DNA from: Escherichia coli
GTDB lineage: Bacteria; Pseudomonadota; Gammaproteobacteria; Enterobacterales; Enterobacteriaceae
Reading direction: 5' to 3' (one strand)
Assembly: GCF_022493235.1 (NCBI RefSeq)
Contig: NZ_CP028741.1
Length of the DNA stretch: 32,000 bases
Under the pieces are notes generated by a model. That model was given only the letters and a program-made list of their open reading frames with translations, was not told where the DNA came from and made no database searches. This document shows, piece by piece, positions 1 to 16,578 of the stretch (within the stretch, counting starts at the first letter, position 1; the number at the start of each line of letters is the position of its first letter). The position numbers and the translations under genes are program-made.

Positions 1-737
1 TTGTCCATCGTCGGTAGCGGACGTCGACTACTGGAAACTTCGCTAAAACCCTGTGGCAACCAGGTTGGCGTCCAGCTGAATTTAGCTTTTTCACCTACAG
101 GAACAGAAAGCAACGGCGGCAAATTTGCCTTCGCCAGCGTCTGCATACTGCTGCTGATATCCTGATTGACGTTAAAAGCAATCACGCGAAATTGTTCCAG
201 CGTTTCACCATCGCGATCAAGGAGATCAACCCGCATCGGTAATTTCGATTCGGTGTCCATCCACACGATGTAGCTGTAGCGTGTACCATCTCGGGCAACC
301 ACGCGAATGACTTCGCAAAGACGATCAGCAATACGCGTGCGCCCGACGGAGATAAAGTCGTAGTAAGGAGAAAGGCGTTTGAAATCGGTATAGATAAGCG
401 ATGGCAGAGAATCAACAATGTAATCGCCATTAAGCGTGAACGGTTCAAGTCCCGGTTCAAAATAGCTGATTTCATTGCCGCGCTGTACCACTTCCCGGCG
501 CGGGCCATCCATTTGCAACAATTGTGCAAGAGGACGGTTATCGAGGCGTGCATGTCGATAACGCAGAGACTCAACACCCTGTTTATTGATGCTGATGAAT
601 GACAGCTCGTAATTCAGTGACTGACTGGCCAGGTTCATCTGCTGTAATAACGCCCCGGACGCGGGAGTGGCCGAGGCGTTAGCAGAGAATAACAGGCTAC
701 CTGTCACTAATGACATGGCAAACCAAAGTTGCTTCAT
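1..737 (-). CDS. rseB: RseB, anti-sigma-E regulatory protein (5' part of gene; 3' end lies beyond the window start)
   Basis: Reverse-strand ATG at 737-735 gives MKQLWFAMSLVTGSL... The frame stays open to position 1 (…AKFSWTPTWLPQGFSEVSSSRRPLPTMDN). The start overlaps the rseA stop (TAATG). Confidence 0.9.
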   Translation of the reverse strand, partial: MKQLWFAMSLVTGSLLFSANASATPASGALLQQMNLASQSLNYELSFISINKQGVESLRYRHARLDNRPLAQLLQMDGPRREVVQRGNEISYFEPGLEPFTLNGDYIVDSLPSLIYTDFKRLSPYYDFISVGRTRIADRLCEVIRVVARDGTRYSYIVWMDTESKLPMRVDLLDRDGETLEQFRVIAFNVNQDISSSMQTLAKANLPPLLSVPVGEKAKFSWTPTWLPQGFSEVSSSRRPLPTMD

Positions 738-1387
738 TACTGCGATTGCGTTCCTAAAGTTTGAATTCCTGGCACCTGTACAGCGGCTTGCTGGGTTTGC
801 GCCTGCTCAAACTGAAGCTGTTCAGAGTGGAGTCGGCGTTGCAGTTCGTAATCCTGCAACATTGCATTAATGCGACGACGCTGCTCCTGTACCTGCTGCT
901 GTTGACCATTGTTTGCGGTCGCTTCAGAAGGTACTCCCAGGCTTACCGGGCTGGCTTTACCCATCATCGGCAGTGTATTAAATACCGGCGTTTCGGGCTG
1001 CTGGGACGTTTCAGATTGTCCATTATAGTGCTGGACGCCAACGATAACTGCAAGCGATACGCATGCTGCTACGCCCATTTGGGTAAGCTGTGCCGCCCAC
1101 GGACGTACTTTCTGCCAGAATGGCATTTTCTGCCATTGATGCGGCGCAGGCTGGGCTTCCGGGATCAATGTCGCCGGTTGACGTACTGGCTCTTCTTCAA
1201 TGGCGGCCATCACGCGTGAAGAGATATCGAAATGGAGCACCTCGGGAGTATCACCCCGCATTGAGTCACGGATTAAGTGATAGCTTTCCCAGGTTTTCTG
1301 CATTTCTGGGTTATGAGCCAGTTCGTTAAGCAGCTCACTATCCAGCGTTTCGCCATCCATTAAAGCGGAAAGTTGTTCTTTCTGCAT
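737..1387 (-). CDS. rseA: RseA, anti-sigma-E factor
   Basis: ORF 737..1423. The internal Met giving MQKEQLSALMDGETLDSELLNELAHNPEMQKTWESYHLIRD matches the remembered 216-aa RseA. It lies directly downstream of rpoE. Confidence 0.95.
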   Translation of the reverse strand: MQKEQLSALMDGETLDSELLNELAHNPEMQKTWESYHLIRDSMRGDTPEVLHFDISSRVMAAIEEEPVRQPATLIPEAQPAPHQWQKMPFWQKVRPWAAQLTQMGVAACVSLAVIVGVQHYNGQSETSQQPETPVFNTLPMMGKASPVSLGVPSEATANNGQQQQVQEQRRRINAMLQDYELQRRLHSEQLQFEQAQTQQAAVQVPGIQTLGTQSQ

Positions 1388-1419
1388 GCCTAATACCCTT
1401 ATCCAGTATCCCGCTATCG

Positions 1420-1995
1420 TCAACGCCTGATAAGCGGTTGAACTTTGTTATCAATAGCTTCCCTCGCTCGGAAGATACGTGAACGCACCGTACCTACCGG
1501 ACAATCCATGATAGCGGCTATCTCTTCATAGCTCAGGCCATCCAGCTCCCGCAAGGTTATTGCCATGCGCAAATCTTCCGGGAGGGACTCAATAGTTCGG
1601 AAAACTATCTGTCTCAGTTCTTCTGACAACATTAAGTTCTCAGGGTTCGAAATTTCTTTCAACGCGCCGCCACTTTCGAAGTTTTCAGCTTCAATGGCAT
1701 CCACATCACTGGAAGGTGGACGACGCCCCTGAGCAACCAGGTAATTTTTCGCTGTATTTACAGCAATCCGATACAGCCATGTATAAAAAGCGCTATCTCC
1801 CCGGAACGAATCCAGCGCACGATAGGCTTTAATAAAAGCTTCTTGTACCACATCGGGAACATCACCCGACGGCACATAGCGGGAAACCAGACTCGCCACT
1901 TTATGCTGATAGCGCACTACCAGTAAGTTAAAGGCTTTCTGATCTCCCTTCTGGACCCGTTCAACCAGGACCTGGTCCGTTAACTGCTCGCTCAT
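1420..1995 (-). CDS. rpoE: RNA polymerase sigma-E (sigma-24), ECF family
   Basis: ORF 1420..2028, trimmed to MSEQLTDQVLVERVQKGDQKAFNLLVVRYQHKV (191 aa). rpoE-rseA-rseB operon order. Confidence 0.97.
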   Translation of the reverse strand: MSEQLTDQVLVERVQKGDQKAFNLLVVRYQHKVASLVSRYVPSGDVPDVVQEAFIKAYRALDSFRGDSAFYTWLYRIAVNTAKNYLVAQGRRPPSSDVDAIEAENFESGGALKEISNPENLMLSEELRQIVFRTIESLPEDLRMAITLRELDGLSYEEIAAIMDCPVGTVRSRIFRAREAIDNKVQPLIRR

Positions 1996-2077
1996 CCGAG
2001 GTAAAGTCTCCCCAAACCAAATTTCCACGCGCTATCGAAACGCCACTCCATTAGCTGCAATTTGAGCAAGCAAAGGG

Positions 2078-2105
2078 TTAGAGTGTCTCGTTTTTGTAAA
2101 GTTCC
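2078..2105 (-). promoter_or_regulatory. sigma-E-dependent promoter upstream of rpoE (autoregulated rpoE promoter)
   Basis: The reverse strand reads GGAACTT-N16-TCTAA (GGAACTTTACAAAAACGAGACACTCTAA). This fits the sigma-E -35/-10 consensus, and it lies about 85 nt upstream of the rpoE start. Confidence 0.6.
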
Positions 2106-2378
2106 GTAACGCATCTGTTTTTGTTTGTCATGCTGTAGACGGATCATTATCTATCATTATAAGTCTACAGAATCTGAACATCGCATTATCTGTGTAGAAA
2201 TGCCCATTTAACTGCCTGAAGAGTAACCCAACGGCCTTTTTATTTCACCACCTAATCCTCCACCAGCCAGTAACTTCTCTTTTTCTCGCCGCCCTGCATC
2301 AGCGTGTTTAGCAACTGTAACAAATATTAAAATAGCAGGTGTTTATTCGCACAACATGATGCTATGCTGACCAAACCG

Positions 2379-4747
<2,369 letters not shown>

Positions 4748-4878
4748 GAAAATAAAACCTTGCAGGAAAAACGGCGATAGCACCGGGTGAGAACAATACC
4801 CGAGAAGCGATATCCATACAAACAGATGAAGATTGCAGCCGTAACGTCTATAATCAGCGCCCCACACAGAGGTAGAAC

Positions 4879-6213
4879 ATGACTGTAACGACTTTTTCCG
4901 AACTTGAACTCGACGAAAGCCTGCTGGAAGCCCTCCAGGATAAAGGTTTCACTCGCCCGACCGCCATTCAGGCTGCCGCCATTCCGCCTGCGCTCGATGG
5001 CCGTGATGTACTCGGTTCTGCGCCGACAGGCACCGGTAAAACGGCGGCGTATCTGCTGCCAGCGTTGCAGCACCTGCTCGATTTCCCACGTAAGAAATCC
5101 GGTCCACCGCGTATTTTGATCCTCACCCCAACTCGCGAGCTGGCGATGCAGGTGGCCGATCATGCCCGCGAACTGGCGAAACATACGCATCTGGATATCG
5201 CCACCATCACCGGCGGCGTAGCCTATATGAACCACGCGGAAGTGTTCAGCGAAAATCAGGACATCGTGGTCGCCACGACCGGACGTCTGCTGCAATACAT
5301 AAAAGAAGAGAACTTCGATTGCCGCGCGGTTGAAACGCTGATCCTCGACGAAGCAGACCGTATGCTGGATATGGGCTTCGCTCAGGATATCGAACATATT
5401 GCTGGCGAAACGCGCTGGCGTAAACAGACCCTGCTCTTTTCGGCAACGCTGGAAGGCGATGCGATTCAGGACTTTGCCGAGCGTCTGCTGGAAGATCCGG
5501 TGGAGGTTTCTGCCAATCCGTCCACCCGTGAGCGCAAAAAAATTCATCAGTGGTATTACCGCGCCGATGACCTGGAACATAAAACCGCATTGCTGGTGCA
5601 TCTGTTAAAACAGCCTGAAGCGACTCGCTCAATCGTATTTGTGCGTAAGCGTGAGCGTGTGCATGAGCTGGCAAACTGGCTGCGCGAAGCGGGCATCAAC
5701 AACTGCTATCTCGAAGGTGAGATGGTACAGGGCAAGCGTAACGAAGCGATCAAACGTTTGACCGAAGGTCGCGTAAACGTACTGGTTGCAACCGATGTTG
5801 CCGCGCGCGGTATCGACATTCCTGACGTCAGCCACGTCTTTAACTTCGATATGCCGCGCAGTGGCGATACTTATTTGCATCGTATCGGACGTACCGCGCG
5901 CGCCGGTCGTAAAGGCACCGCAATTTCGCTGGTGGAAGCCCATGACCATCTGCTGCTGGGCAAAGTTGGTCGCTATATTGAAGAGCCAATTAAAGCTCGC
6001 GTAATTGATGAGTTACGCCCGAAAACGCGTGCGCCAAGCGAGAAGCAGACCGGCAAGCCATCGAAGAAAGTACTGGCAAAACGCGCCGAGAAGAAAAAAG
6101 CTAAAGAGAAAGAGAAGCCGCGGGTGAAAAAACGCCATCGCGACACCAAAAATATTGGTAAGCGCCGTAAACCAAGCGGAACGGGCGTGCCACCGCAAAC
6201 GACAGAAGAGTAA
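4879..6213 (+). CDS. srmB: ATP-dependent RNA helicase SrmB (DEAD-box)
   Basis: 444-aa ORF with Walker [13 protein letters not shown] box (LDEAD), SAT and [10 protein letters not shown] motifs, plus a basic Lys-rich C-terminal tail. Confidence 0.97.
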   Translation: MTVTTFSELELDESLLEALQDKGFTRPTAIQAAAIPPALDGRDVLGSAPTGTGKTAAYLLPALQHLLDFPRKKSGPPRILILTPTRELAMQVADHARELAKHTHLDIATITGGVAYMNHAEVFSENQDIVVATTGRLLQYIKEENFDCRAVETLILDEADRMLDMGFAQDIEHIAGETRWRKQTLLFSATLEGDAIQDFAERLLEDPVEVSANPSTRERKKIHQWYYRADDLEHKTALLVHLLKQPEATRSIVFVRKRERVHELANWLREAGINNCYLEGEMVQGKRNEAIKRLTEGRVNVLVATDVAARGIDIPDVSHVFNFDMPRSGDTYLHRIGRTARAGRKGTAISLVEAHDHLLLGKVGRYIEEPIKARVIDELRPKTRAPSEKQTGKPSKKVLAKRAEKKKAKEKEKPRVKKRHRDTKNIGKRRKPSGTGVPPQTTEE

Positions 6214-6265
6214 TCTCAATGCCGGGTTTAAGCCTGGTATTAAAAGTGCTGGCAAACGCAAAACT

Positions 6266-6364
6266 GCCTGATGCGCTACGCTTATCAGGCCTACGTGGCT
6301 CATGCAATATATTGAATTTGCACGATCTTGTAGGCCGGATAAGGCGTTCACGCCGCATCCGGCA
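6266..6364. repeat. BIME: two inverted REP elements
   Basis: GCCTGATGCGCTACGCTTATCAGGCCTAC (6266-6294) and the inverted GTAGGCCGGATAAGGCGTTCACGCCGCATCCGGCA (6330-6364) match the E. coli REP consensus. Confidence 0.8.
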
Positions 6365-6393
6365 TGAATAAAGCGCACTTTGTCGACAAGTTA

Positions 6394-6417
6394 AATGCCG
6401 GGTTTAATCCCGACATT
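6394..6417. terminator. Hairpin between the convergent srmB and yfiE genes
   Basis: AATGCCGGG-tttaat-CCCGACATT (one mismatch), followed on the plus strand by ATTTTTAT. Confidence 0.4.
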
Positions 6418-6421
6418 ATTT

Positions 6422-7303
6422 TTATCCAGCCACAAAACTCTCTTCAACACACTGAATAAAAGTGTGCATCGCCGGGCTAACCGCTTTTCCAGCATGGTGT
6501 GCGCACATGGCCGTAATGGTCTGCGACTGTTCGCCAAAAGGCAATTCAATTAATTCTCCGCACTCCAACTCTTTTGCCACCGCAAAACGCGGCAGGTAGC
6601 TGACTCCGATATTCGCCGCGACACAACGCTTGATGCTTTCGATACTTATAAGCTCAATGGTGTTTTCCACCGTGATCCGCCGCTGACGCAGCGTGCTCTC
6701 AAATATCTGCCGGAAGACACATTGTGGTTCATTGATAATAAAGCTACAGGCGTTATGTCTTCCCGGCTCAGTAAAATCGACATCTACAATTTGTGGTGAA
6801 GCCACCAGCACCAGCGATTGTTCACCCAACTCTCGTCGGTTCAGGGCATCATCATTCCCTACGCGATAAAAGACGCCGACATCGGCCTCATCATTCAGTA
6901 GCGCATCACGGATCACGTAACAGTTCAGCGACTGCAACGATAAACGCACTTTTGGTGCGCGTTGCCGAAAACGCTGCAACACCTGCGGCATTCGGTAAGA
7001 GAGCAACGTTTCGCCCGAAACAACGCGTAGTTCCCCGTCCGGATCTGACTCCTTTTTGGCAGCCTCACGAAGCGTATCCATCACTCGGGTAAGTTCATAA
7101 ATGTGCGGCAGCAACTTTTTTCCTTCGCGGGTAAGGCACATCCGTCGGCCAATTTTCTCAAATAACTGGACTGAAAACTCCTGCTCAAGCTGCTGAATAT
7201 GAAAAGTCACCGTCGATTGTGTACAGCACAATTTTTGCGAAGCTCGCAAAAAGGAACCCTCTTCCACCACGGTTTTAAGCGTAATAAAACGGCGCAGATC
7301 CAT
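6422..7303 (-). CDS. yfiE: LysR-family transcriptional regulator YfiE
   Basis: ORF 6422..7348, trimmed to MDLRRFITLKTVVEEGSFLRASQKLCCTQSTVTFHIQQLE (293 aa). LysR N-terminal HTH. Divergent from eamB. Confidence 0.9.
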   Translation of the reverse strand: MDLRRFITLKTVVEEGSFLRASQKLCCTQSTVTFHIQQLEQEFSVQLFEKIGRRMCLTREGKKLLPHIYELTRVMDTLREAAKKESDPDGELRVVSGETLLSYRMPQVLQRFRQRAPKVRLSLQSLNCYVIRDALLNDEADVGVFYRVGNDDALNRRELGEQSLVLVASPQIVDVDFTEPGRHNACSFIINEPQCVFRQIFESTLRQRRITVENTIELISIESIKRCVAANIGVSYLPRFAVAKELECGELIELPFGEQSQTITAMCAHHAGKAVSPAMHTFIQCVEESFVAG

Positions 7304-7405
7304 AACCCCAAACCTATCGAAAATATCGAATCTAGAATATAAAAACATTCATTTTTTTAAATTTTCCGTGTCGGGTACTGTCTACCAAAACAGAGGAGAT
7401 AACAA

Positions 7406-7446
7406 GTGACACCGACCCTTTTAAGTGCTTTTTGGACTTACACCCT
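7406..7446 (+). pseudogene. eamB: eamB 5' fragment (first 13 codons plus 2 nt), cut off by the prophage
   Basis: GTG ACA CCG ACC CTT TTA AGT GCT TTT TGG ACT TAC ACC CT encodes MTPTLLSAFWTYT. The reading frame continues exactly at 21448. Confidence 0.88.
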
Positions 7447-7471
7447 AGTGTGTTTGTTTTGTGCGTATATT
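7445..7471 (+). promoter_or_regulatory. -10 half (TATATT, 7466-7471) of a split promoter that is completed by the right prophage end on circularisation
   Basis: Joining 21445-21449 (TTGCT) to 7447 (A) gives TTGCTA. It is followed by 18 nt (7448-7465) and then TATATT. In the integrated state the -35 position is occupied by eamB sequence (ACCCTA). Confidence 0.45.
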
Positions 7472-7477
7472 GTTTCT

Positions 7478-8606
<1,129 letters not shown>

Positions 8607-8620
8607 CAGGAGTTTTAATT

Positions 8621-9256
8621 ATGTCGGTTTCAAAACAAAACGTTTTTGATGCATGCAACGAGTTATCTGCAACCAATAAATCTGTTACCGTGGCTGCGGT
8701 TCGTGAAATTACGGGTGGCTCATTTACCACGCTGGCCCCGCTGGTTAAGGAGTGGAAATTACAGGAATCTGGCGCGGGAGAACTGGCTGTTGCTGCTGAA
8801 AGCGTGCCTGCTAAATTTACTGAAATTGTTTCAGGTCTTTGGTCTTCTGCGGTTGAACTGGCTAACCAGCGTCTTGTATCTGAGCGCCGTCTGCTGGATG
8901 ACCTCCGCAAGCAGCTTGACGCTGAACGCGCCGAACTGCTGGCCTCGTGTGATGCGCTGGCGTCTCAGATTGATGAGCTTCATTATCTTAACGGTGTTAT
9001 TAAAGAGAAGAACAAGCAACTCACTGAAACTAACGTTGCTTTGGCAACTGAAAATACCCGCTTGTCTGAACGTCTCGATGTTTACGAAAACAAAAATGGC
9101 CCGGGTATTGATGTTCACGAAATTGCTAGCGTACTCGCTGATATTAAATCTTCGTTATCTGCCGTTACTGCGGCTGCACAACCTGCTCCGGCTGGGAAAT
9201 TGCCTAAATCTGCTAAAACGGTTAAATCTTCCGTATCTGGTCAGGTTGTAATGTAA
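8621..9256 (+). CDS. KfrA-N-like DNA-binding protein with a long coiled coil (putative phage regulator or maintenance protein)
   Basis: ATG at 8621 follows AGGAG (8609-8613). The N-terminus, SKQNVFDACNELSATNKSVTVAAVREITGGSFTTLAPLVKEWK, resembles the KfrA N-terminal DNA-binding domain (…GGGS.TT…EWK). Heptad-rich segments follow. It starts 14 nt after the recombinase stop. Confidence 0.65.
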   Translation: MSVSKQNVFDACNELSATNKSVTVAAVREITGGSFTTLAPLVKEWKLQESGAGELAVAAESVPAKFTEIVSGLWSSAVELANQRLVSERRLLDDLRKQLDAERAELLASCDALASQIDELHYLNGVIKEKNKQLTETNVALATENTRLSERLDVYENKNGPGIDVHEIASVLADIKSSLSAVTAAAQPAPAGKLPKSAKTVKSSVSGQVVM

Positions 9257-9362
9257 TATTACGTATTACATTACAAATTACATTACGCTGTAATATTACA
9301 AATTAAATCACACTGTAATATTAGAGATTACATTACACCGTAATATTACAAAATTACATTAA
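9253..9362. repeat. Iteron/operator array between the KfrA-like gene and rep
   Basis: Palindrome GTAATATTAC at 9253, 9290 and 9340, plus GTAATATTAG at 9315. ATTACATTAC at 9265, 9277 and 9327, plus ATTACATTAA at 9353. A composite unit, ATTACATTAC-NNN-GTAATATTACAAA, is repeated with a 50-bp period (9277 and 9327). Confidence 0.75.
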
Positions 9363-12118
<2,756 letters not shown>

Positions 12119-12299
12119 CAGAATTCCGGATACAGTTTTATGCTGTGCCCGGTCTGGTCCGGGAGGGTGATTTTATGATTACTGGTAGTCCTGATTTTAG
12201 TTTTTGTTGTTAAACATTCTTTAGTGGTCTGGTTTTTGATTTTTTGTTCATTTTTTTGTTCGCTCTTAATCTTGTGTTTTCTTTACGTTTAATTGGTGA

Positions 12300-12407
<108 letters not shown>

Positions 12408-12426
12408 TTTATAATAATGGTGTTCT

Positions 12427-12869
<443 letters not shown>

Positions 12870-12876
12870 TTATACC

Positions 12877-12906
12877 ACGCCCCTTAACCGGGGCGTTTTA
12901 TTTTTA
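12877..12906 (+). terminator. Rho-independent terminator after the major coat gene
   Basis: ACGCCCC-ttaacc-GGGGCGT, followed by TTTTATTTTTATT. Confidence 0.78.
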
Positions 12907-12934
12907 TTCTGTTATTTTCAGATGGAGGTTACCT

Positions 12935-14887
12935 GTGAATATCTGTAATCGTTATTCTTTTTCTCCGGTTTCTTTTTGTCTGAATACGTTGATTTTTTCG
13001 GCTGTGGTTTCTTTCCCTTTTCCTTCTTTTGCATTAACCGGTCCGTCTTATTCTATTCCTGATGCCGATATGATTTTTCTTGGTGACCGTACTGGTTCCT
13101 TTACCTGCAATTATTTTTATCTTTCCGGTGATTATGCTTATTGTCCTGCGGGGACCGTTCTCAGTGGTACTGCCACATTATCGTATATTCCCGGTTCTGA
13201 CGGGGGAGCATCCACTTATATTTATTCCGGTCCTGTTACTATGTGGAAGGCGTCAGAATCAGATAAAACAGCCTGGGCAAAACTGACGGAAAGGGGTTAT
13301 TGTGTATCCGGCGCTAAAATCAGTTTTACGAATGGTCGGTTTTCCGCTTCTGTGGGTGATGGTACAACAGCGGTATTACATGCCACATCATTTTCTGCAA
13401 CGATTCAGGGCACTGAGGTTAGTTTTCCCGGTGGTTCTGATGATGGTAATCCCACATCTACTGATTTTTGGGAAGAATATAACTCCTTTGATAATGATAA
13501 TACATATTCTTATTATGTTGATTATGGCATGTGTAAATACTGGATAACGGATTCAACAGGTAATTCCAGATTCTCTGAAGCTGTTTTTAATCTGGATTCC
13601 GGTTATCTGGTTAATACTGGTGTTCAGCGCCCTGAAGTTGTTGATTATATTAACACCAATGTTGCGCATTATGAATCGGATTATTACAGCAAATATTTAG
13701 CTGGTGATTCTTCCGGTGATTCTGGTGATTCCGGCGATTCTGGTACAACTGAAGGCGATTCTGGTGATTCTGGTACAACTGAAGGCGATTCTGGTGACTC
13801 CGGTACAACTGAAGGCGATTCTGGCGATTCCGGTACAACTGAAGGCGATTCTGGTGATTCCGGCGATTCCGGTACAACTCAAGGCGATTCCGGTACAACT
13901 GATGAGGATGCGGGTTCTTCTGGTGGAAGCTCTTCCGGTGGTGGTTCTTCTGGTGGTGGTTCCGGTGATTCTGGCACAACTGAAGGCGATTCCGGGACTA
14001 TTGGGGGCGACTCCGGTACAACCGGCGGGGATTCTGGTGACTCTGGTACAACTGGTGGTGATTCTGGTGATTCCGGTGATTCGGGTTCGGTTTTGCCTCC
14101 TGATGATTCCGGGGGTGATGATTCCGGTGGTTCTGCTGTGGTTACACCTGATGACCCGGTTACTGACCCTCCTGATTCTTCTGATGGTTCTTCCGGCTCT
14201 GAAGGTTCTTCATCGTCCGGTGGTTCTTCTTCAGGTGATTCTTCTGATTCTGGTTCGTCGGATGATTCGTCTGGTTCTGGTAGTTCTTCAGGTTCTGGCA
14301 GTTCTTCCGGTTCGGGTTCTGATTCTGACACGTCTGATGGTTCCGGTGATTCTGATGAGGATGGTTTTGATATATTGGGCTGGCTGAAAAAGATTTATGA
14401 AGCGGTTGTTGCGTTGCCTGAATCTCTTTTACCTGATGAGGATTCGGCTTCTTCTGCGCTTGAGGCGTTTGATACTGCTGTTTCTGATGATTCATCTTCT
14501 GAAACACAGGAAACACAGGAAATGGAAGAATCTGTTTTTGGTTCTGATTCCGACGGAGACGGTTACGGTGATGGTTATCTTGAGTATATTCCTGGTAAGG
14601 GGTCAGGGGTTCGCGATTCGGATAGCTGGATTTCTGTTGATTTTGATGAACTGCTTAAGGTGAATACTGGTACGGCGATTCCTTTGCAGTTTACTTTTCG
14701 TTTCTATATCCCCGGGATTGGTGATGTTGCTCTGGTGATTGACACAACCACAGTCACTACGGCTTATGATGTTTATATTCGTCCTGTTGTTGAGTATGCG
14801 CTTTATCTTTTCACGATGTTACGTGTTATTGCCATTATTCGTCGGGCTTTGTTTTCCCGTGAAACAGCGTCATTAAGTGGGGTGTAA
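12935..14887 (+). CDS. Adsorption/minor coat protein (g3-like) with repetitive Gly/Ser/Asp linkers
   Basis: GTG at 12935 follows GGAGG (12924-12928). Signal peptide ends in FPSFA/LTG. There is an N-terminal globular part, then long GDSGDSGTTE and SSG linkers (compare the Gly-rich linkers of Ff g3p), and a C-terminal hydrophobic anchor YALYLFTMLRVIAIIRR. It occupies the slot between g8 and g6. Confidence 0.75.
   Translation: MNICNRYSFSPVSFCLNTLIFSAVVSFPFPSFALTGPSYSIPDADMIFLGDRTGSFTCNYFYLSGDYAYCPAGTVLSGTATLSYIPGSDGGASTYIYSGPVTMWKASESDKTAWAKLTERGYCVSGAKISFTNGRFSASVGDGTTAVLHATSFSATIQGTEVSFPGGSDDGNPTSTDFWEEYNSFDNDNTYSYYVDYGMCKYWITDSTGNSRFSEAVFNLDSGYLVNTGVQRPEVVDYINTNVAHYESDYYSKYLAGDSSGDSGDSGDSGTTEGDSGDSGTTEGDSGDSGTTEGDSGDSGTTEGDSGDSGDSGTTQGDSGTTDEDAGSSGGSSSGGGSSGGGSGDSGTTEGDSGTIGGDSGTTGGDSGDSGTTGGDSGDSGDSGSVLPPDDSGGDDSGGSAVVTPDDPVTDPPDSSDGSSGSEGSSSSGGSSSGDSSDSGSSDDSSGSGSSSGSGSSSGSGSDSDTSDGSGDSDEDGFDILGWLKKIYEAVVALPESLLPDEDSASSALEAFDTAVSDDSSSETQETQEMEESVFGSDSDGDGYGDGYLEYIPGKGSGVRDSDSWISVDFDELLKVNTGTAIPLQFTFRFYIPGIGDVALVIDTTTVTTAYDVYIRPVVEYALYLFTMLRVIAIIRRALFSRETASLSGV
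13703..14090 (+). repeat. Imperfect tandem repeats (9-bp GGTGATTCT units nested in a 30-bp unit GGTACAACTGAAGGCGATTCTGGTGATTCT) inside the g3-like gene
   Basis: The 30-bp period is visible at 13742, 13772, 13802 and 13832, with degenerate copies to about 14090. A second Ser/Gly/Asp-rich tract spans about 14170-14345. Confidence 0.85.
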
Positions 14888-15258
14888 TGATGATTATATT
14901 ACTGACTTTTATTGCTCAGCTTCTGGGTAAGTTTGCGCTTTATGTTGCCAGCTTTTTTGGTCGTTCTGTGGCGGTTTATTCTCGTCTTGTTGTTTATCTT
15001 GCGGTTTGTTTTTCTGCTTATATTGGGGTTGTAAAGACTGTTAATGAACTGATTGATTATATTTCTGCAATTGGTCTGCCGGATGCGGTTGTTATTGGTT
15101 TCAGTTATTTGCCGACTAATATTCAGGCGTGTGCCAATATTATTCTGAATGTTGAGTTTATTGCTTTTATTTATCTGTATAAGGACAGGGTGTTACGTCT
15201 TATTGATGCTGCCTGGAAAGAATTTATCAGGATGAGTATGACGGGTTCGGTAAAGTAA
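14887..15258 (+). CDS. Putative minor coat protein (g6-like), hydrophobic
   Basis: 123 aa with several hydrophobic segments. The start overlaps the g3 stop (TAATG). Its position between g3 and g1 is as in Ff. Confidence 0.6.
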   Translation: MMIILLTFIAQLLGKFALYVASFFGRSVAVYSRLVVYLAVCFSAYIGVVKTVNELIDYISAIGLPDAVVIGFSYLPTNIQACANIILNVEFIAFIYLYKDRVLRLIDAAWKEFIRMSMTGSVK

Positions 15259-15288
15259 TTCAGTAATAATAATGAAATAATGAGGTGA

Positions 15289-16578
<1,290 letters not shown>

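Noticed and set aside
182-577. Track ORFs antisense to or out of frame with core genes. Examples: 182..577, 761..1219, 2500..3152, 4666..5601, 5246..5949, 20060..20650, 24050..24652, 26022..26426, 31159..31797.
   Set aside because: Each lies within a longer ORF that matches a well-known E. coli protein or IS66 transposase on the other strand or frame. These are typical shadow ORFs.
6013-6378. 121-aa reverse ORF spanning the srmB 3' end and the BIME
   Set aside because: It runs through REP repeats and the srmB Lys-rich tail in antisense, with no independent support.
9253-9362. CRISPR array
   Set aside because: The repeats are only 10 bp, irregularly spaced and overlapping, with no uniform spacers and no cas genes. 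An operator/iteron array fits better.
13650-14516. Reverse-strand and alternative-frame ORFs across the g3 repeats (13650..13979, 13697..13882, 13704..14387, 13879..14331, 14160..14516)
   Set aside because: They are low-complexity frame shadows of the tandem repeats (EPE/PES or HQN runs), with no starts preceded by an SD. They lie fully inside the well-supported g3-like frame.
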